In this document: in pieces, positions 10,600-20,470 of the stretch
Layout of the letters: each line of letters begins with the position of its first letter
Numbering within the stretch: the stretch's first letter is position 1
Assembly: GCF_035285525.1 (NCBI RefSeq)
Contig: NZ_JAYKGW010000168.1
Location: 37,960 to 69,959 of the forward strand
Source of the DNA: Okeania sp.
Lineage (GTDB): Bacteria; Cyanobacteriota; Cyanobacteriia; Cyanobacteriales; Microcoleaceae
DNA: 32,000 nucleotides
Direction of reading: 5' to 3'
Translations under genes and position numbers: made by a program
The notes under the pieces: generated by a model
What the model was told of the DNA's origin: nothing
Seen by the model: only the letters and a program-made list of their open reading frames with translations
The model's database searches: none

Positions 10600-10724
10600 C
10601 CCTCCTGGGAGGGGCTAGGGCTGAGTCCCACAAGGGTTTCAGGAGTTATGGGTAAGGGATATCCCTCCTGGGAGGGGCTAGGGCTGAGTCCCACAAGTTT
10701 TTCAGAAGTTATGGGTAAGGGATA
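10600..10724. repeat. 63-nt tandem duplication containing the palindrome CCCTCCTGGGAGGGG
   Basis: CCTCCTGGGAGGGGCTAGGGCTGAGTCCCACAAG...TTATGGGTAAGGGATA is seen twice in tandem. Confidence 0.8.
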
Positions 10725-11261
10725 GCTTTCACTTGTGGGGTAGGGGGGATTGTCTCTGTGTTCCTCTGAAGTGTAACTATTTAACCGATACTTTTTCTGT
10801 CAATACTTTTAGATTTAATCAGCAAGCCCTCTTCAATTATTATATATAGTTTGATAATAGGGGGTAGGGGTTTAAACCAAAGGGGGTAATAGTTCTACTC
10901 CATAAGCAGTAATTTTGTAAGCATTTCCTACAGAATGCTACGCAAACAGCCATCAGCTATTAGCTATCAGCTAGGAATATCTTTCTTGCGTTGAAAGACA
11001 ATAACCGGAATTTTGAAAGAGTAAATAAATATATTTTCTATCGGCTCCATCTCCCCACCTAATTTTATTCCGATATATAGAATTCGGTTATATAGAACCC
11101 CTAACTGTATCTTTAGTTTTTTTTGCCAAAGAAGTTAAGTCAGGAGTCAACCCACCCCTAACCCTGACCGTGGAGGGGAAATAAGGAAAAAGCTAGAATT
11201 AGAGCCTTATATTCACCATCTCCCCATCTCCCCATCTAATTTTAGAGACCCATTTAGGGGT

Positions 11262-11385
11262 TCTATACAGCAAATTTCCGGCATTAAGATGTACAGGGTA
11301 AATGGTGAAAACATTGCAGTGCGGTCCGGAAAGCCTGCGCAGGTGTACCTCATAAAAATGGAAAGCGCTGTAGTATGTGTTGATA
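11262..11385. repeat. dispersed structured repeat (GGTAAAxGGTGAAAAC...AGTGCGG-hairpin-GCG..GGTxTACCTCATAA..GGAAGCxCTGTA)
   Basis: A related copy lies at about 1655-1745. A partial inverted copy lies at about 13255-13310. The central hairpin sequence differs between copies. Confidence 0.5.
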
Positions 11386-11399
11386 ATTCTATAATTATG

Positions 11400-11489
11400 A
11401 GGACTTAGGTGGCAGCCATAGATATAGTGCTTAAAACTCTGGCGCCATAGTTTTTTAACTCTATATATAGTACCTCCCATGTAAGTCCT
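11400..11489. mobile_element. MITE-like element, AGGACTTAC family
   Basis: AGGACTTAGG...CATGTAAGTCCT termini and the same core as the 10440-10528 copy, in opposite orientation. Confidence 0.6.
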
Positions 11490-11512
11490 GATTATTTTAA
11501 TCTACCCTATCT

Positions 11513-11560
11513 CCCCTACTCCCCTACTCCCCTACTCCCCCACTCCCCTACTCTCTCACT
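11513..11560. repeat. STRR-like tandem octamer (CCCCTACT x about 6)
   Basis: Directly visible periodic sequence in an intergenic region. Confidence 0.8.
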
Positions 11561-11738
11561 CCTTAATAGGTGTACCACACTAAGATAAAATCCCCTGTAA
11601 ATGTTAAGAAGTGTCATAAAACAATTTATATTAGTAACAAAATTTGTCTTGGTTTGCCTCCCAAATATCTGAGTGACCAAGATTATAGTTATGGTTGATA
11701 AACACAAACTTAGGATTAAAACTTATAGGATAATTTTT

Positions 11739-12821
11739 ATGGGCGATCAATATAATGGGGATAAAAATGTGCAACCTGCCGTTCGGCGAATTTTAGATGC
11801 CAATTTAGATAGGGCGCGGGAAGGACTGAGAATTATTGAAGAATGGTGTCGCTTTGGCCTTAATAGTGTTAATTTGGCCAATGAATGTAAACTATTACGT
11901 CAAGAAATTGGGAGCTGGCATGGCACAGAATTAAGAATGTCCCGCAATACTCCTGGAGACCCTGGTACGGAATTAACTCATCCACAAGAGGAACACCGTT
12001 CAGATGTGCAACAACTACTACAAGTTAATTTCTGTCGTTTAGAAGAAGCGCTCAGAGTTCTAGAAGAATATGGAAAAATTTATAATTCTCAGATGGCTTC
12101 TGCTTGTAAACAAATACGTTATCGAGTTTATACTATCGAAAGTGGGATTCTTGCCTATCAGAGAAATCAACAACTCCAAAACTCTTACTTATATCTTGTC
12201 ACCTCACCCCAAGAAAAATTAACTGATATAGTAGAAGCTGCTCTTCAGGGAGGATTAACTCTTGTCCAATATCGGAATAAAACCGCAAATGATGTAAGAA
12301 AGTTAACAGAAGCTCAGGAACTTTGTCAAATGTGCCGTCGCTATGGCGCTCTATTTATTATTAATGACCGAGTAGACTTAGCGATCGCTGTTGATGCAGA
12401 TGGAGTTCATCTGGGACAAGAGGATATACCTGTTAATTTGGCTAGACAACTCCTTGGTCCCCAGAAACTGATTGGTCGTTCGACCACAAATCCAGAAGAA
12501 ATGAAGCGAGCAATCGAGGAAAAAGCCGATTATATTGGAGTCGGACCAGTATATGAAACTCCGACTAAAGCAGGTAAAGCAGCAGCAGGTTTAGAATATA
12601 TTAGTTATGCTGTGAAAAATTGTCCGATTCCTTGGTTTGCTATTGGTGGAATTGATATGCAAAACTGTGATGAAGTTCTATCTGGTGGTGCCGAGCGTGT
12701 CTCCGTAGTTAGGGCGATTATGGAGGCAGAGCAACCAACTTTGGTAACTCAATATTTTCTGTCTCAATTAAATCGTTATCAAACTCTACGCTCTCATAAT
12801 ATATTACCGGAAAAAATCTAG
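11739..12821 (+). CDS. thiE: thiamine-phosphate synthase with a cyanobacterial-type N-terminal extension domain
   Basis: The C-terminal roughly 210 aa match ThiE motifs (LYLVT..., VQYRNK, FIINDRVDLA...DGVHLGQEDIP, IGRSTT, ADYIGVGPVYETPTK, PWFAIGGI). The ATG at 11739 is preferred over the upstream start of the 382-aa track ORF at 11673. Confidence 0.85.
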   Translation: MGDQYNGDKNVQPAVRRILDANLDRAREGLRIIEEWCRFGLNSVNLANECKLLRQEIGSWHGTELRMSRNTPGDPGTELTHPQEEHRSDVQQLLQVNFCRLEEALRVLEEYGKIYNSQMASACKQIRYRVYTIESGILAYQRNQQLQNSYLYLVTSPQEKLTDIVEAALQGGLTLVQYRNKTANDVRKLTEAQELCQMCRRYGALFIINDRVDLAIAVDADGVHLGQEDIPVNLARQLLGPQKLIGRSTTNPEEMKRAIEEKADYIGVGPVYETPTKAGKAAAGLEYISYAVKNCPIPWFAIGGIDMQNCDEVLSGGAERVSVVRAIMEAEQPTLVTQYFLSQLNRYQTLRSHNILPEKI

Positions 12822-12832
12822 GTTACATAGGA

Positions 12833-13048
12833 ATGTCAAATAAAATAACACTTAAGGTTAATGGAGAAACTCGCACCTGTTTACCCCAGACTCTTCTACC
12901 AAATTTTCTGGAAGAGTTGGGGTTAAACCCGCGTTTGGTAGCTGTGGAATATAACGGTGAGATTCTCCATAGACAATTTTGGGATGAAACTGAAATGCAA
13001 TCGGGAGATAAATTGGAAATAGTTACTATTGTAGGAGGAGGTGTATAG
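12833..13048 (+). CDS. thiS: sulfur carrier protein ThiS
   Basis: 71-aa ORF 11 nt after thiE. It has a ubiquitin-like ThiS pattern (ITLKVNGE..., VAVEYNGEILHR..., GDKLEIVTIVGGG). Confidence 0.85.
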   Translation: MSNKITLKVNGETRTCLPQTLLPNFLEELGLNPRLVAVEYNGEILHRQFWDETEMQSGDKLEIVTIVGGGV

Positions 13049-13143
13049 GATTTGCGTCAGGAGCCAGAATCCAGAATCCAGAAGTCAGTAGGAATGGGAA
13101 TTATAGAAGAGTCATTTCAGTTATCAGTTATCAGTAGAGAGTG

Positions 13144-13167
13144 AACCTCCGACTAAAGTCGGAGGTT
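13144..13167 (+). terminator. strong stem-loop (AACCTCCGAC-TAAA-GTCGGAGGTT) about 100 nt downstream of thiS
   Basis: Perfect 10-bp stem with a 4-nt loop. No clear U-tract follows, so it may simply be a dispersed palindromic repeat. Confidence 0.35.
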
Positions 13168-13321
13168 TGAAATACTTACTTAAAAGCGGTGTTACTGAAT
13201 TAAGAGATGAATATAGCAGACTCCAAGCATAAGAAGTACAGATTTAACTATTAAATCCCACTACCATGTTTTCACCATTCACCCTGTACCTCATTTGTCT
13301 GAAATTTGCTGTATCAATTAC

Positions 13322-13416
13322 AGGACTTACGCAGCAACCCTAGATATGGTTCTTAAAACTATTGCACAATAGTTTTTTTACTATATATATATATATATTA
13401 CCTTTGCGTAAGTCCT
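13322..13416. mobile_element. MITE-like element, AGGACTTAC family
   Basis: AGGACTTACGCA...TGCGTAAGTCCT perfect termini, a conserved TAAAACTATTGCACAATAGTTTTT core and an (AT)n tract. Confidence 0.65.
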
Positions 13417-13436
13417 GAATTATTAATTATTAATTT

Positions 13437-13600
13437 AGGACTTACCCATGGACGCTATCTGTAGTAAGGTGCGTTTTGCGTTCCGCAAAGCTCCGCTTTA
13501 TATGTCGGCTCAAGCGCCGAAACGCTACGCGACATTAAAAGCGTATCTCGTAACTGAGCAAGACTCTATATATAGCACCTAGTACCTTTGCGTAAGTCCT
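13437..13600. mobile_element. MITE-like element, AGGACTTAC family, with a nested second repeat
   Basis: AGGACTTACCC...TTGCGTAAGTCCT termini. The interior resembles the 21644-21797 copy and the repeat at about 7075-7190. Confidence 0.6.
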
Positions 13601-13644
13601 GAATTTTAATTATTAATTATTAATTATTAATTATTAATTATCAA

Positions 13645-14967
13645 TTATCTCCTAAACCTTTCCTTTGCTGACTCAAATGCCTCCCGCATAACTCCCTGAA
13701 TTTTATCAGGATCTGGCTTTTTTCCTCCCATCAAATCTCCAAAATAAACACAAGCACTTTCACCCAACGCCCAAGTATAGGTAGCTGCCCAAGAAGCAGC
13801 GATCGCGCTCCCAAACCCAGGCACAAATTTAATCAACTCTCTTCCCACGGCTTGAGCAACAAAACCCCCACCGATAGCACTAACAATTCCACCTGCTTGA
13901 GAAGGCGAAATTGTTTGCCCATAGAAATTTCCCAATAAACCCACCATCGACACTTGCAACGCTGTCAATACTGGCATTGTGGCAAAAGGCAAAGGTACTG
14001 CTGCCACGGTAGCTGCCATAATAGTAAACGATAAAATGTAACGCCTCCCCACATCTCGGTAAATATTCCCTAGTTGTTTGCTTGCTTCCTCATCCAATAA
14101 TTGATGAATAGTTCGCGCTTCTGCTTCTGGCAACAATTCTGCTAAACTATCTCGAAAAGCTTCTAAACCATAAAATACTGGGTTATAGCCATCCTCTTCC
14201 AGAGTAAAGTCAAGCAAAACAGAACTATTATACAAGTCACGAAAATCTTCCTGAATAGCAGCAAAAGAGCGATTAACTTCCTCATATTCTGGAGGATATT
14301 CAGGATGATCGTCCGTAGAGTTAGGATAAACTTCGTGGAGACAAGTTACTGCTAATAAACAAGGAATATTAGGATATTCTTGTTGCAACTGTTGGGAAAT
14401 TTGTCGTAAAGTATCCGTGGCAAAATCATTAATTTTGACTGTCAAAATCAAAATTCTAGCACGGTTGCTTTCCTGTTGCAACTCTCCCAAAAGTTCCTCA
14501 ATAATAACCGGAGTTTCCTGTTTCACATCTCCCAACCCCACAGTATCGGTAAAAATTAACAACGGCAAATCCTCAGAAGGATAAGCATAACGTTCCGTGT
14601 GTTTAGTGTGGGGGCGAAAACCTTGGCCGATTATTTCTGGAGAAACCCCTGTTAAACCACGAACTATGGAACTTTTACCAGTTTGGGGTTTACCGATTAA
14701 AATAGCTTCAGTCGTAGGAAGTTCAGCGCGTACTTTTGCCAATATTTCAGCAACTTGAGCTTCATCGACGCTAAACCATTTCGTTACTGTTTGTGCTGCC
14801 CGATCTACAGGGAAAAGTTTGGTGAGACGGTTGCTGGTATCATAGAAAATTCCACCGATCCGATGTTGCCAAGAATCTTTTTTTGACTCTGTTTTGACAT
14901 CTTCAGTCGGGCGATCGGACTTTTCGGAATTAAGTTTTGGGGAGTTAGTATCGGGTTGTTCAGTCAT
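13645..14967 (-). CDS. GTP-binding protein with a C-terminal DUF697/YcjF-like membrane domain
   Basis: 440-aa ORF. It has a P-loop GKPQTGKSS, DTVGLGD (G3), and a hydrophobic Gly-rich C-terminal region typical of DUF697. Confidence 0.7.
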   Translation of the reverse strand: MTEQPDTNSPKLNSEKSDRPTEDVKTESKKDSWQHRIGGIFYDTSNRLTKLFPVDRAAQTVTKWFSVDEAQVAEILAKVRAELPTTEAILIGKPQTGKSSIVRGLTGVSPEIIGQGFRPHTKHTERYAYPSEDLPLLIFTDTVGLGDVKQETPVIIEELLGELQQESNRARILILTVKINDFATDTLRQISQQLQQEYPNIPCLLAVTCLHEVYPNSTDDHPEYPPEYEEVNRSFAAIQEDFRDLYNSSVLLDFTLEEDGYNPVFYGLEAFRDSLAELLPEAEARTIHQLLDEEASKQLGNIYRDVGRRYILSFTIMAATVAAVPLPFATMPVLTALQVSMVGLLGNFYGQTISPSQAGGIVSAIGGGFVAQAVGRELIKFVPGFGSAIAASWAATYTWALGESACVYFGDLMGGKKPDPDKIQGVMREAFESAKERFRR

Positions 14968-15131
14968 TGCAGTTCAGTTATTAATTCAGTAGTAAAATCA
15001 ATTATTATCCATAAATTATAAATTTTTTCCCTGCTAGGAGGGGTTAGGGGTGGGTTTCCTATTCCATTTTTCCTATTTCATCTTTCCTAGAGATGTCTAA
15101 AGATCGAGGCAATAAACCTGGTTTATTCTCA

Positions 15132-17264
15132 TTATTTAGTCTTTTGCCAATCTTCCAATGCTGCAATAACAAAACTACTTGCAGGATGATTTAGGAATTG
15201 TTCAAAGGCAGCAACTCCACCTGCTTTTATAGCATTGAATATTCTTTCTGCTTTAGTTGGATTATTATCTATTTGTGTAATTACTTCTTCAGCAATTTTC
15301 ACTTTGCCTGGCATTGTATCTGACGGGTAAGTTTCATCAAGTTGCTCTAATAATTCTTGAATATCTTTTGCTGCTTGTGCTAAATTTTGTTCTTGAGATT
15401 CGTAAATTGTACCAGCAATTTTTGAGTCTTTAATTTCTCCTTTATTACTACCCACACCATAACTTCCTCCTTTGTTGGCAACTGCTCCATCAATTTGATG
15501 AGCATGAATGTGGTCTCCACTACTTTCTGACATAATTAAATTTCCTTTATTACTATTATTTTCTATATTAACACTAGGGCGATGAACTGCTGCACTTAAC
15601 ACACCTTTATACCATTCAATATCTTTTTCTTTCTCTGCCAATACTGCTAGAAGTTGTTCTTCTGAAAGTGCTTTTAAGTTGTTGTAAGTATCGAAATATT
15701 CTTTATCTAATACTGAATGGTTAGCTTCAGGTTTAGTATCAGCTCTAATCAATAATTTGTCGTTATTTTCCCCGCGAACTTCCATAGAACGCATTTTTAT
15801 TTCTGCTTCTGGATGGTCTTTTTGTAGTTTCTCAAATGAATATGCAGCTATTCGGGGGTCTACTCCTTGATTATGATAAAGGTCTAAGATATTTACTAAA
15901 GGTTTGATAAATTCTGTAAACTCTCCTTCTTCAAAATTTTTATCTTCATCGGCAGGTTTTCGACGCACGCGCTCATCCAAACTTTCTTCTGGTGGAAGTT
16001 TGAGAAAGTCTGGTCGTTTATCTGGAGGCAGACGCATATAAACATAATCGCATTTGATACCATCTAGTTTAGTTGTGGTTGTTATCCCCCAGTCTTCAAG
16101 AAAAGCTCCGGTTAAGGTTGCTCCTGTGAGGTTAGCTTGGTCTAAAAATGTTCCTACTAATTTTGCACGAGAGAGGTTTGCATCTTGAAGGTTAGCTGAG
16201 TTGAGGTTCGCTTCTATGAAACTGGCGTTAGTTAGGTTTGCTCCCTCGATATCTATTCCTTGGAGGTCAAAGCGATCTAAATTGATGTTTTCACCTTGAC
16301 CTGTTTTTACTAACTCTCTGACTTTGGCATCTTTTAGATAAGTTTTTCCAGGTCGTATGTAGTCTAGTTTTATAGTGTTTTTCCAACAAGTACGGATTAT
16401 CTCAGTTCCTGTAAAATCTGTACCTTTGAGAGTAGCATTAGTAAAGTCAGCATCAGTTAAATTGGCATCTCTGAAAGATGTTCCACCTACAGCAGCAAAA
16501 GTAAGAGCTGCATTACGCAGAAAAACGTATCTTTCATCTCCTTTAATTGCTTGATAAGCAACATAAGCACTTAAAAGTGTTTGGAATAAGGTTATAACTC
16601 CAGCCATGGCTCCCAGGAAGGCGAAACTTATGACCAATACGAAGACAAATGCAACCGCTCCTGCTAAGGCTAATATCAAAGCTAATATAAAGCCGTACAT
16701 TCCAGAGACAGTTTCGGTGAAGGCAAAAGCTCCGGAAAAGACAAAAGCGACACCGACTGCTGCGGCTAATGAACTGAGGAAAGCGGGAATTCCGGCGCTG
16801 GCTATCTTCCAGAGGAATATTCCGGCCAATAGCACAGCCCCAGCGAATGTGGCAGCAACTGGTTCACTTGATTTTTCTATCCCTTCACAAATAAACGTTA
16901 TCCAAAATATAATAATTACAACTAAGGATACCCAAGCAGCAATTGGCTGCTCGACACTATTTTGAAAATTAAGTAATATAAAAGCTGAAACTAATACATT
17001 CAAAAAAACTGATACACTAAATAAAACAAAAACACCAACAAGCAAAACTACTATCTGGGATTTCTGTAACCCTGCCTTAGCTCCACAAAACTTAGCTCCC
17101 GTTAGCTTTGCCCCACTAAAATTAGTACCCCGAAGATCGGCAAAACTGAAATCTGCACCAGACAAATTTTCCTCCTGAAAAGACAGACCTCTAAGATTAG
17201 CTCCTTGGAAATTTAGCTCACCTTGTGAGTATAGTTGCAATATTTCACGTTGACGCCGATTCAT
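15132..17264 (-). CDS. membrane pentapeptide-repeat protein
   Basis: 710-aa ORF. It has N-terminal A(D/N)LxG pentapeptide runs, about 5 hydrophobic TM segments, a second pentapeptide block (ANLTDADFTNATLKGTDFTG..., ANLTNASFIEANLNSANLQDANLSRAKL) and a soluble C-terminal region of about 300 aa. Confidence 0.8.
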   Translation of the reverse strand: MNRRQREILQLYSQGELNFQGANLRGLSFQEENLSGADFSFADLRGTNFSGAKLTGAKFCGAKAGLQKSQIVVLLVGVFVLFSVSVFLNVLVSAFILLNFQNSVEQPIAAWVSLVVIIIFWITFICEGIEKSSEPVAATFAGAVLLAGIFLWKIASAGIPAFLSSLAAAVGVAFVFSGAFAFTETVSGMYGFILALILALAGAVAFVFVLVISFAFLGAMAGVITLFQTLLSAYVAYQAIKGDERYVFLRNAALTFAAVGGTSFRDANLTDADFTNATLKGTDFTGTEIIRTCWKNTIKLDYIRPGKTYLKDAKVRELVKTGQGENINLDRFDLQGIDIEGANLTNASFIEANLNSANLQDANLSRAKLVGTFLDQANLTGATLTGAFLEDWGITTTTKLDGIKCDYVYMRLPPDKRPDFLKLPPEESLDERVRRKPADEDKNFEEGEFTEFIKPLVNILDLYHNQGVDPRIAAYSFEKLQKDHPEAEIKMRSMEVRGENNDKLLIRADTKPEANHSVLDKEYFDTYNNLKALSEEQLLAVLAEKEKDIEWYKGVLSAAVHRPSVNIENNSNKGNLIMSESSGDHIHAHQIDGAVANKGGSYGVGSNKGEIKDSKIAGTIYESQEQNLAQAAKDIQELLEQLDETYPSDTMPGKVKIAEEVITQIDNNPTKAERIFNAIKAGGVAAFEQFLNHPASSFVIAALEDWQKTK

Positions 17265-17536
17265 ATTTTTTATTTATTAAAAAGGATGTACTAAAGGAAA
17301 ATTGGAAAGACGATTGCTGAGTTTCAAAACTCCTAAAAATTATGTAGGCTGGTTTGTTTGCGTTAGCATTGCGCAGCATGGAACGTAGCTTGCTTCTCCG
17401 TAGGAGTAACCCAACAACCATATCCCAGGTGTTGGGTTTCACTGCGTTCTACCCAACCTAAATTTTCAGCAAATTGATAACTCCCATTTATCTTCTACGG
17501 GCGAATACCATTCGCCCCTACCTCATAAACTCAACC

Positions 17537-17950
17537 CTAAATATTAATACTTTGGGGAATATTCTCTGGAAGCAGAAACTCATAAGGCATCAAACGATCC
17601 GAACTTTGATTCCTTTTATTAATAATAGTCGCTGCCACACTCAAATTTTCTTGGAATTTTGTCAACGCTGCTTGTAATTTCTTATTTTCTGGGAAATCAG
17701 AACTACGATACTTCCCTAATTTCGTATAGTGAACTGAACACAATAAATAAAGTGTATGAATCTGACTTTGAGCTTGATTTAAAGAAGGTAAACCATCCAT
17801 AAAACTTTCTCGATCTTCAATATTAGTCGGTGGCATCAGATAATGAGCCAAAGGAAATGCGGGAACATACATCATATAAGTTTTTTGGGCAAAATTAACT
17901 GCTGCGTGTTGCGCACTGCCAGTAAAAATAATCGTCGATACCGCTTTCAA
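17537..17950 (-). pseudogene. lipoxygenase C-terminal fragment (5'-truncated remnant)
   Basis: It contains the lipoxygenase signature IIFTGSAQHAAVNFAQ and ends in ...PQSINI; the C-terminal Ile is the iron ligand in LOX enzymes. Only about 137 codons are open (a TTG-initiated track ORF), with a stop about 100 nt upstream and acs immediately beyond. A full LOX is several hundred aa longer. Confidence 0.65.
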
Positions 17951-18052
17951 TAATATCCCACAATTTAGTAGGCGGTGCGTTAAATTTCATTAACGCACTC
18001 TACTCAACTGTCAAACTTTTGACTTTTGACTTTTAACTTGCCCGTAGCGCCA

Positions 18053-20020
18053 TTACTCACCACCCCGTAACTTATCCAACACACTCCGGTCTTGCAAAGT
18101 CGAAGTATCTCCAACAATTTCCTGACCTGATGCCAAAGAACGCAACAACCGTCGCATAATCTTCCCAGAACGAGTCTTCGGTAAATCATCCGTAAACCGA
18201 ATCTCATTAGGACGAGCGATCGCTCCAATTTCCTGAACAACGTGCTGCTTCAACTCCTTCTCCAAAGCCTCATTAGCTTGGCGCTCGCCTTCTAAAGTTA
18301 CAAAAGCCACAATAGCTTCACCCTTAACCTGATCAGGTTTACCAACAACCGCAGCTTCTGCCACAGCAGGGTGAGACACCAACGCCGATTCTACTTCCAT
18401 CGTTCCCAGACGATGACCTGCTATATTAATCACATCATCAACACGACCCATGACCCAAAAATAACCATCTTCATCTTTGCGCGCACCATCACCAGCAAAA
18501 TAAATATATTCCCCATTTTTCGGGCGTAGATATTCCCAATAAGTCCGACGGAAGCGATCGTCATCACCATAAACAGTCCGCATCATTCCCGGCCAAGGAT
18601 GCTTAATGACTAAGTATCCACCATCATTACCAGCAACAGCTTCTCCCTCCTGATCCACAATATCAGCAATAATACCAGGGAAAGGCTTGGTTGCGGAACC
18701 AGGTTTAGTAGGAGTAGCACCAGGCAAAGGAGTAATCATAAATCCACCTGTTTCGGTTTGCCACCAAGTATCAACTATTGGACACCGACTGCCACCAATT
18801 ACCCGATGATACCACATCCAAGCTTCTGGGTTAATGGGTTCTCCTACTGTTCCCAATAAACGTAAAGAACTTAAATTTCTAGAATAGGGATGGTGCTCTC
18901 CCATTTTCATTAATGCTCGGATCGCAGTAGGAGCGGTGTAGAAAATGGTAACACCATATTTTTCTACTACATCCCAGAGACAACCAGGATTAGACGCTCT
19001 GGGTGCCCCTTCATACATGAGGCTAGTAGCACCATTAGAAAGAGGACCGTAAACAATATAACTATGACCTGTAATCCAGCCTACATCAGCAGTACACCAA
19101 TATACATCTGTTTCTTGCAAATCAAATGCCCATTTATTGGTAACGTGGCTATAAAGGTTATACCCCCCTGTGGTGTGTACTACCCCTTTTGGTTTCCCTG
19201 TTGTACCACTTGTGTAGAGGATAAATAGCATATCTTCACTATCCATCGGTTCTGCTGGACATTCCCCAGAAACGCCTTGCTGCAAATCGTGCCACCAATG
19301 GTCGCGTCCTGGTTCCATCTGAATTTCTTGAGCAGTGCGTTTCACAACTAGGACATTTTCTACGGTGGGAACACCTGCTGCTAATGCTTTGTCTACTTGT
19401 TCTTTGAGCGGAACAATAGCATCTTTACGCCAACCACCATCGGCTGTGACGACTAATTTGGCCTCAGCATCAACCAGACGGTTTTTCAGAGCATCTGCAC
19501 TAAAGCCACCAAAAACTACTGTATGGGGTGCGCCTATTCTGGCACAGGCTAACATGGCGATCGCTGCTTCCGGAATCATGGGCATATAGATACCCACGCG
19601 ATCGCCTTTTTTTACTCCCAATTGTTTATATACATTTGCCATTTGGCAAACTTCTCGATGTAATTGGGCGTATGTGAGGGTACGAGAATCTCCTGGTTCT
19701 CCTTCCCAAATTAAAGCTGCTTTATTGCGTCGCCAGGTGGTCAAGTGACGGTCTAGACAATTATAAGAAATGTTAATTTTACCATTAACAAACCATTTGG
19801 CAAATGGTGGCTGCCAATCGAGAACTTGGTCCCATTTTTGGAACCAGTCTAATTCTGTTTCAGCTAGTTCTGCCCAAAATCCTTCTGGGTCAGCTTTGGC
19901 TTTTTCGTAGAGTTCTTGGTATTGGTCTATGGTTTTAACATGAGCTGTTTGGGAAAATTGTTCTGGTGGTGGAAAAAGACGTTCTTCTTGTAGGATTGAT
20001 TCGATAGTTGATTCAGACAT
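18053..20020 (-). CDS. acs: acetyl-CoA synthetase (acetate--CoA ligase)
   Basis: Very clear Acs sequence (FWAELA..., [62 protein letters not shown]). The ATG at 20020 ([20 protein letters not shown]) is preferred over the upstream TTG at 20062. Confidence 0.95.
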   Translation of the reverse strand: MSESTIESILQEERLFPPPEQFSQTAHVKTIDQYQELYEKAKADPEGFWAELAETELDWFQKWDQVLDWQPPFAKWFVNGKINISYNCLDRHLTTWRRNKAALIWEGEPGDSRTLTYAQLHREVCQMANVYKQLGVKKGDRVGIYMPMIPEAAIAMLACARIGAPHTVVFGGFSADALKNRLVDAEAKLVVTADGGWRKDAIVPLKEQVDKALAAGVPTVENVLVVKRTAQEIQMEPGRDHWWHDLQQGVSGECPAEPMDSEDMLFILYTSGTTGKPKGVVHTTGGYNLYSHVTNKWAFDLQETDVYWCTADVGWITGHSYIVYGPLSNGATSLMYEGAPRASNPGCLWDVVEKYGVTIFYTAPTAIRALMKMGEHHPYSRNLSSLRLLGTVGEPINPEAWMWYHRVIGGSRCPIVDTWWQTETGGFMITPLPGATPTKPGSATKPFPGIIADIVDQEGEAVAGNDGGYLVIKHPWPGMMRTVYGDDDRFRRTYWEYLRPKNGEYIYFAGDGARKDEDGYFWVMGRVDDVINIAGHRLGTMEVESALVSHPAVAEAAVVGKPDQVKGEAIVAFVTLEGERQANEALEKELKQHVVQEIGAIARPNEIRFTDDLPKTRSGKIMRRLLRSLASGQEIVGDTSTLQDRSVLDKLRGGE

Positions 20021-20190
20021 CTGTTTTTTGTATTTATATTTACGGTCAATAGTTATTGACAATTTATATAATGAACGTTAAGATATTTATTTTTCTTAAG
20101 CTACCTTTAATATTTCTCGAAGCTATCCCGACCCAATTTGCCTACCACTTAAGTGTAAATTAGTCAATAAATTTTGATTTCAAGTAATTA

Positions 20191-20218
20191 GGGAGTAGGG
20201 AGTAGGGAGTAGGGAGTA
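20191..20218. repeat. STRR-like tandem heptamer (GGGAGTA x4)
   Basis: Directly visible. Confidence 0.85.
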
Positions 20219-20330
20219 GTTAAAAGTCAATCCGTCTTCCCACACTTCACACTTTCCACACTCTGCTTTTTCAGCAAACCCTAATTAATTCCTAAAATTG
20301 AAAATTAAACGCTACAATATTAAACTATTC

Positions 20331-20410
20331 AGGACTTACCCAAAAACTAAGTTAATTGACTACATTTTTTTTAAACTACAATAAATATCTTGTTTAAGTG
20401 CGTAAGTCCT
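20331..20410. mobile_element. MITE-like element, AGGACTTAC family
   Basis: AGGACTTACCC...GTGCGTAAGTCCT termini. Confidence 0.55.
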
Positions 20411-20470
20411 GTTATTGTATAAAATGTTTTAAACATTTATTTTAAGATGGGTCTGATGCTAGGAGGATGA

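Noticed and set aside
11199-11707. Track ORFs 11199-11480 and 11516-11707 (-)
   Set aside because: They are composed of MITE, structured-repeat and octamer-repeat sequence (for example the translation of CCCCTACT arrays). These are spurious.
11560-11738. TPP (THI-box) riboswitch upstream of thiE
   Set aside because: I looked for the conserved CTGAGA...ACCTGATCTGGATAATGCCAGCG-type core and did not find it. Only a weak CTGAGTGACC resemblance exists.
16606-16965. Plus-strand ORF inside the pentapeptide-repeat gene. Similar antisense or overlapping ORFs: 925-1143, 1339-1590, 8716-8937, 9219-9497, 19335-19589, 22414-22653, 20437-20754, 30611-30928, 30768-31025, 30929-31117, 31463-31663
   Set aside because: Each lies wholly within, or overlaps antisense to, a much longer ORF with recognisable domains or a better gene context. 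None has independent support.
17245-17677. Track ORFs 17245-17442 (-) and 17474-17677 (+)
   Set aside because: They cover dispersed repeats (GTTGGGTTTCACTGCGTTCTA and GGGCGAATACCATTCGCCCCTAC) or overlap the lipoxygenase remnant. They are not credible genes.
18004-18240. Track ORF 18004-18240 (-)
   Set aside because: It is an out-of-frame overlap with the well-supported 3' end of acs.
20030-20043. NtcA-like GTA-N8-TAC (GTATTTATATTTAC) just upstream of the acs ATG
   Set aside because: It lies only about 10 nt from the start codon, so it is not at an activator position. The sequence is AT-rich, so such a match is expected by chance. I did not count it as a feature.
20021-20062. N-terminal extensions from TTG/GTG starts of track ORFs (acs from 20062, kinase-LanC from 25251, thiE from 11673)
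   Set aside because: In each case an internal ATG gives an N-terminus that matches the expected protein start (for example [20 protein letters not shown] for Acs). The extensions overlap repeats or promoter-like sequence.
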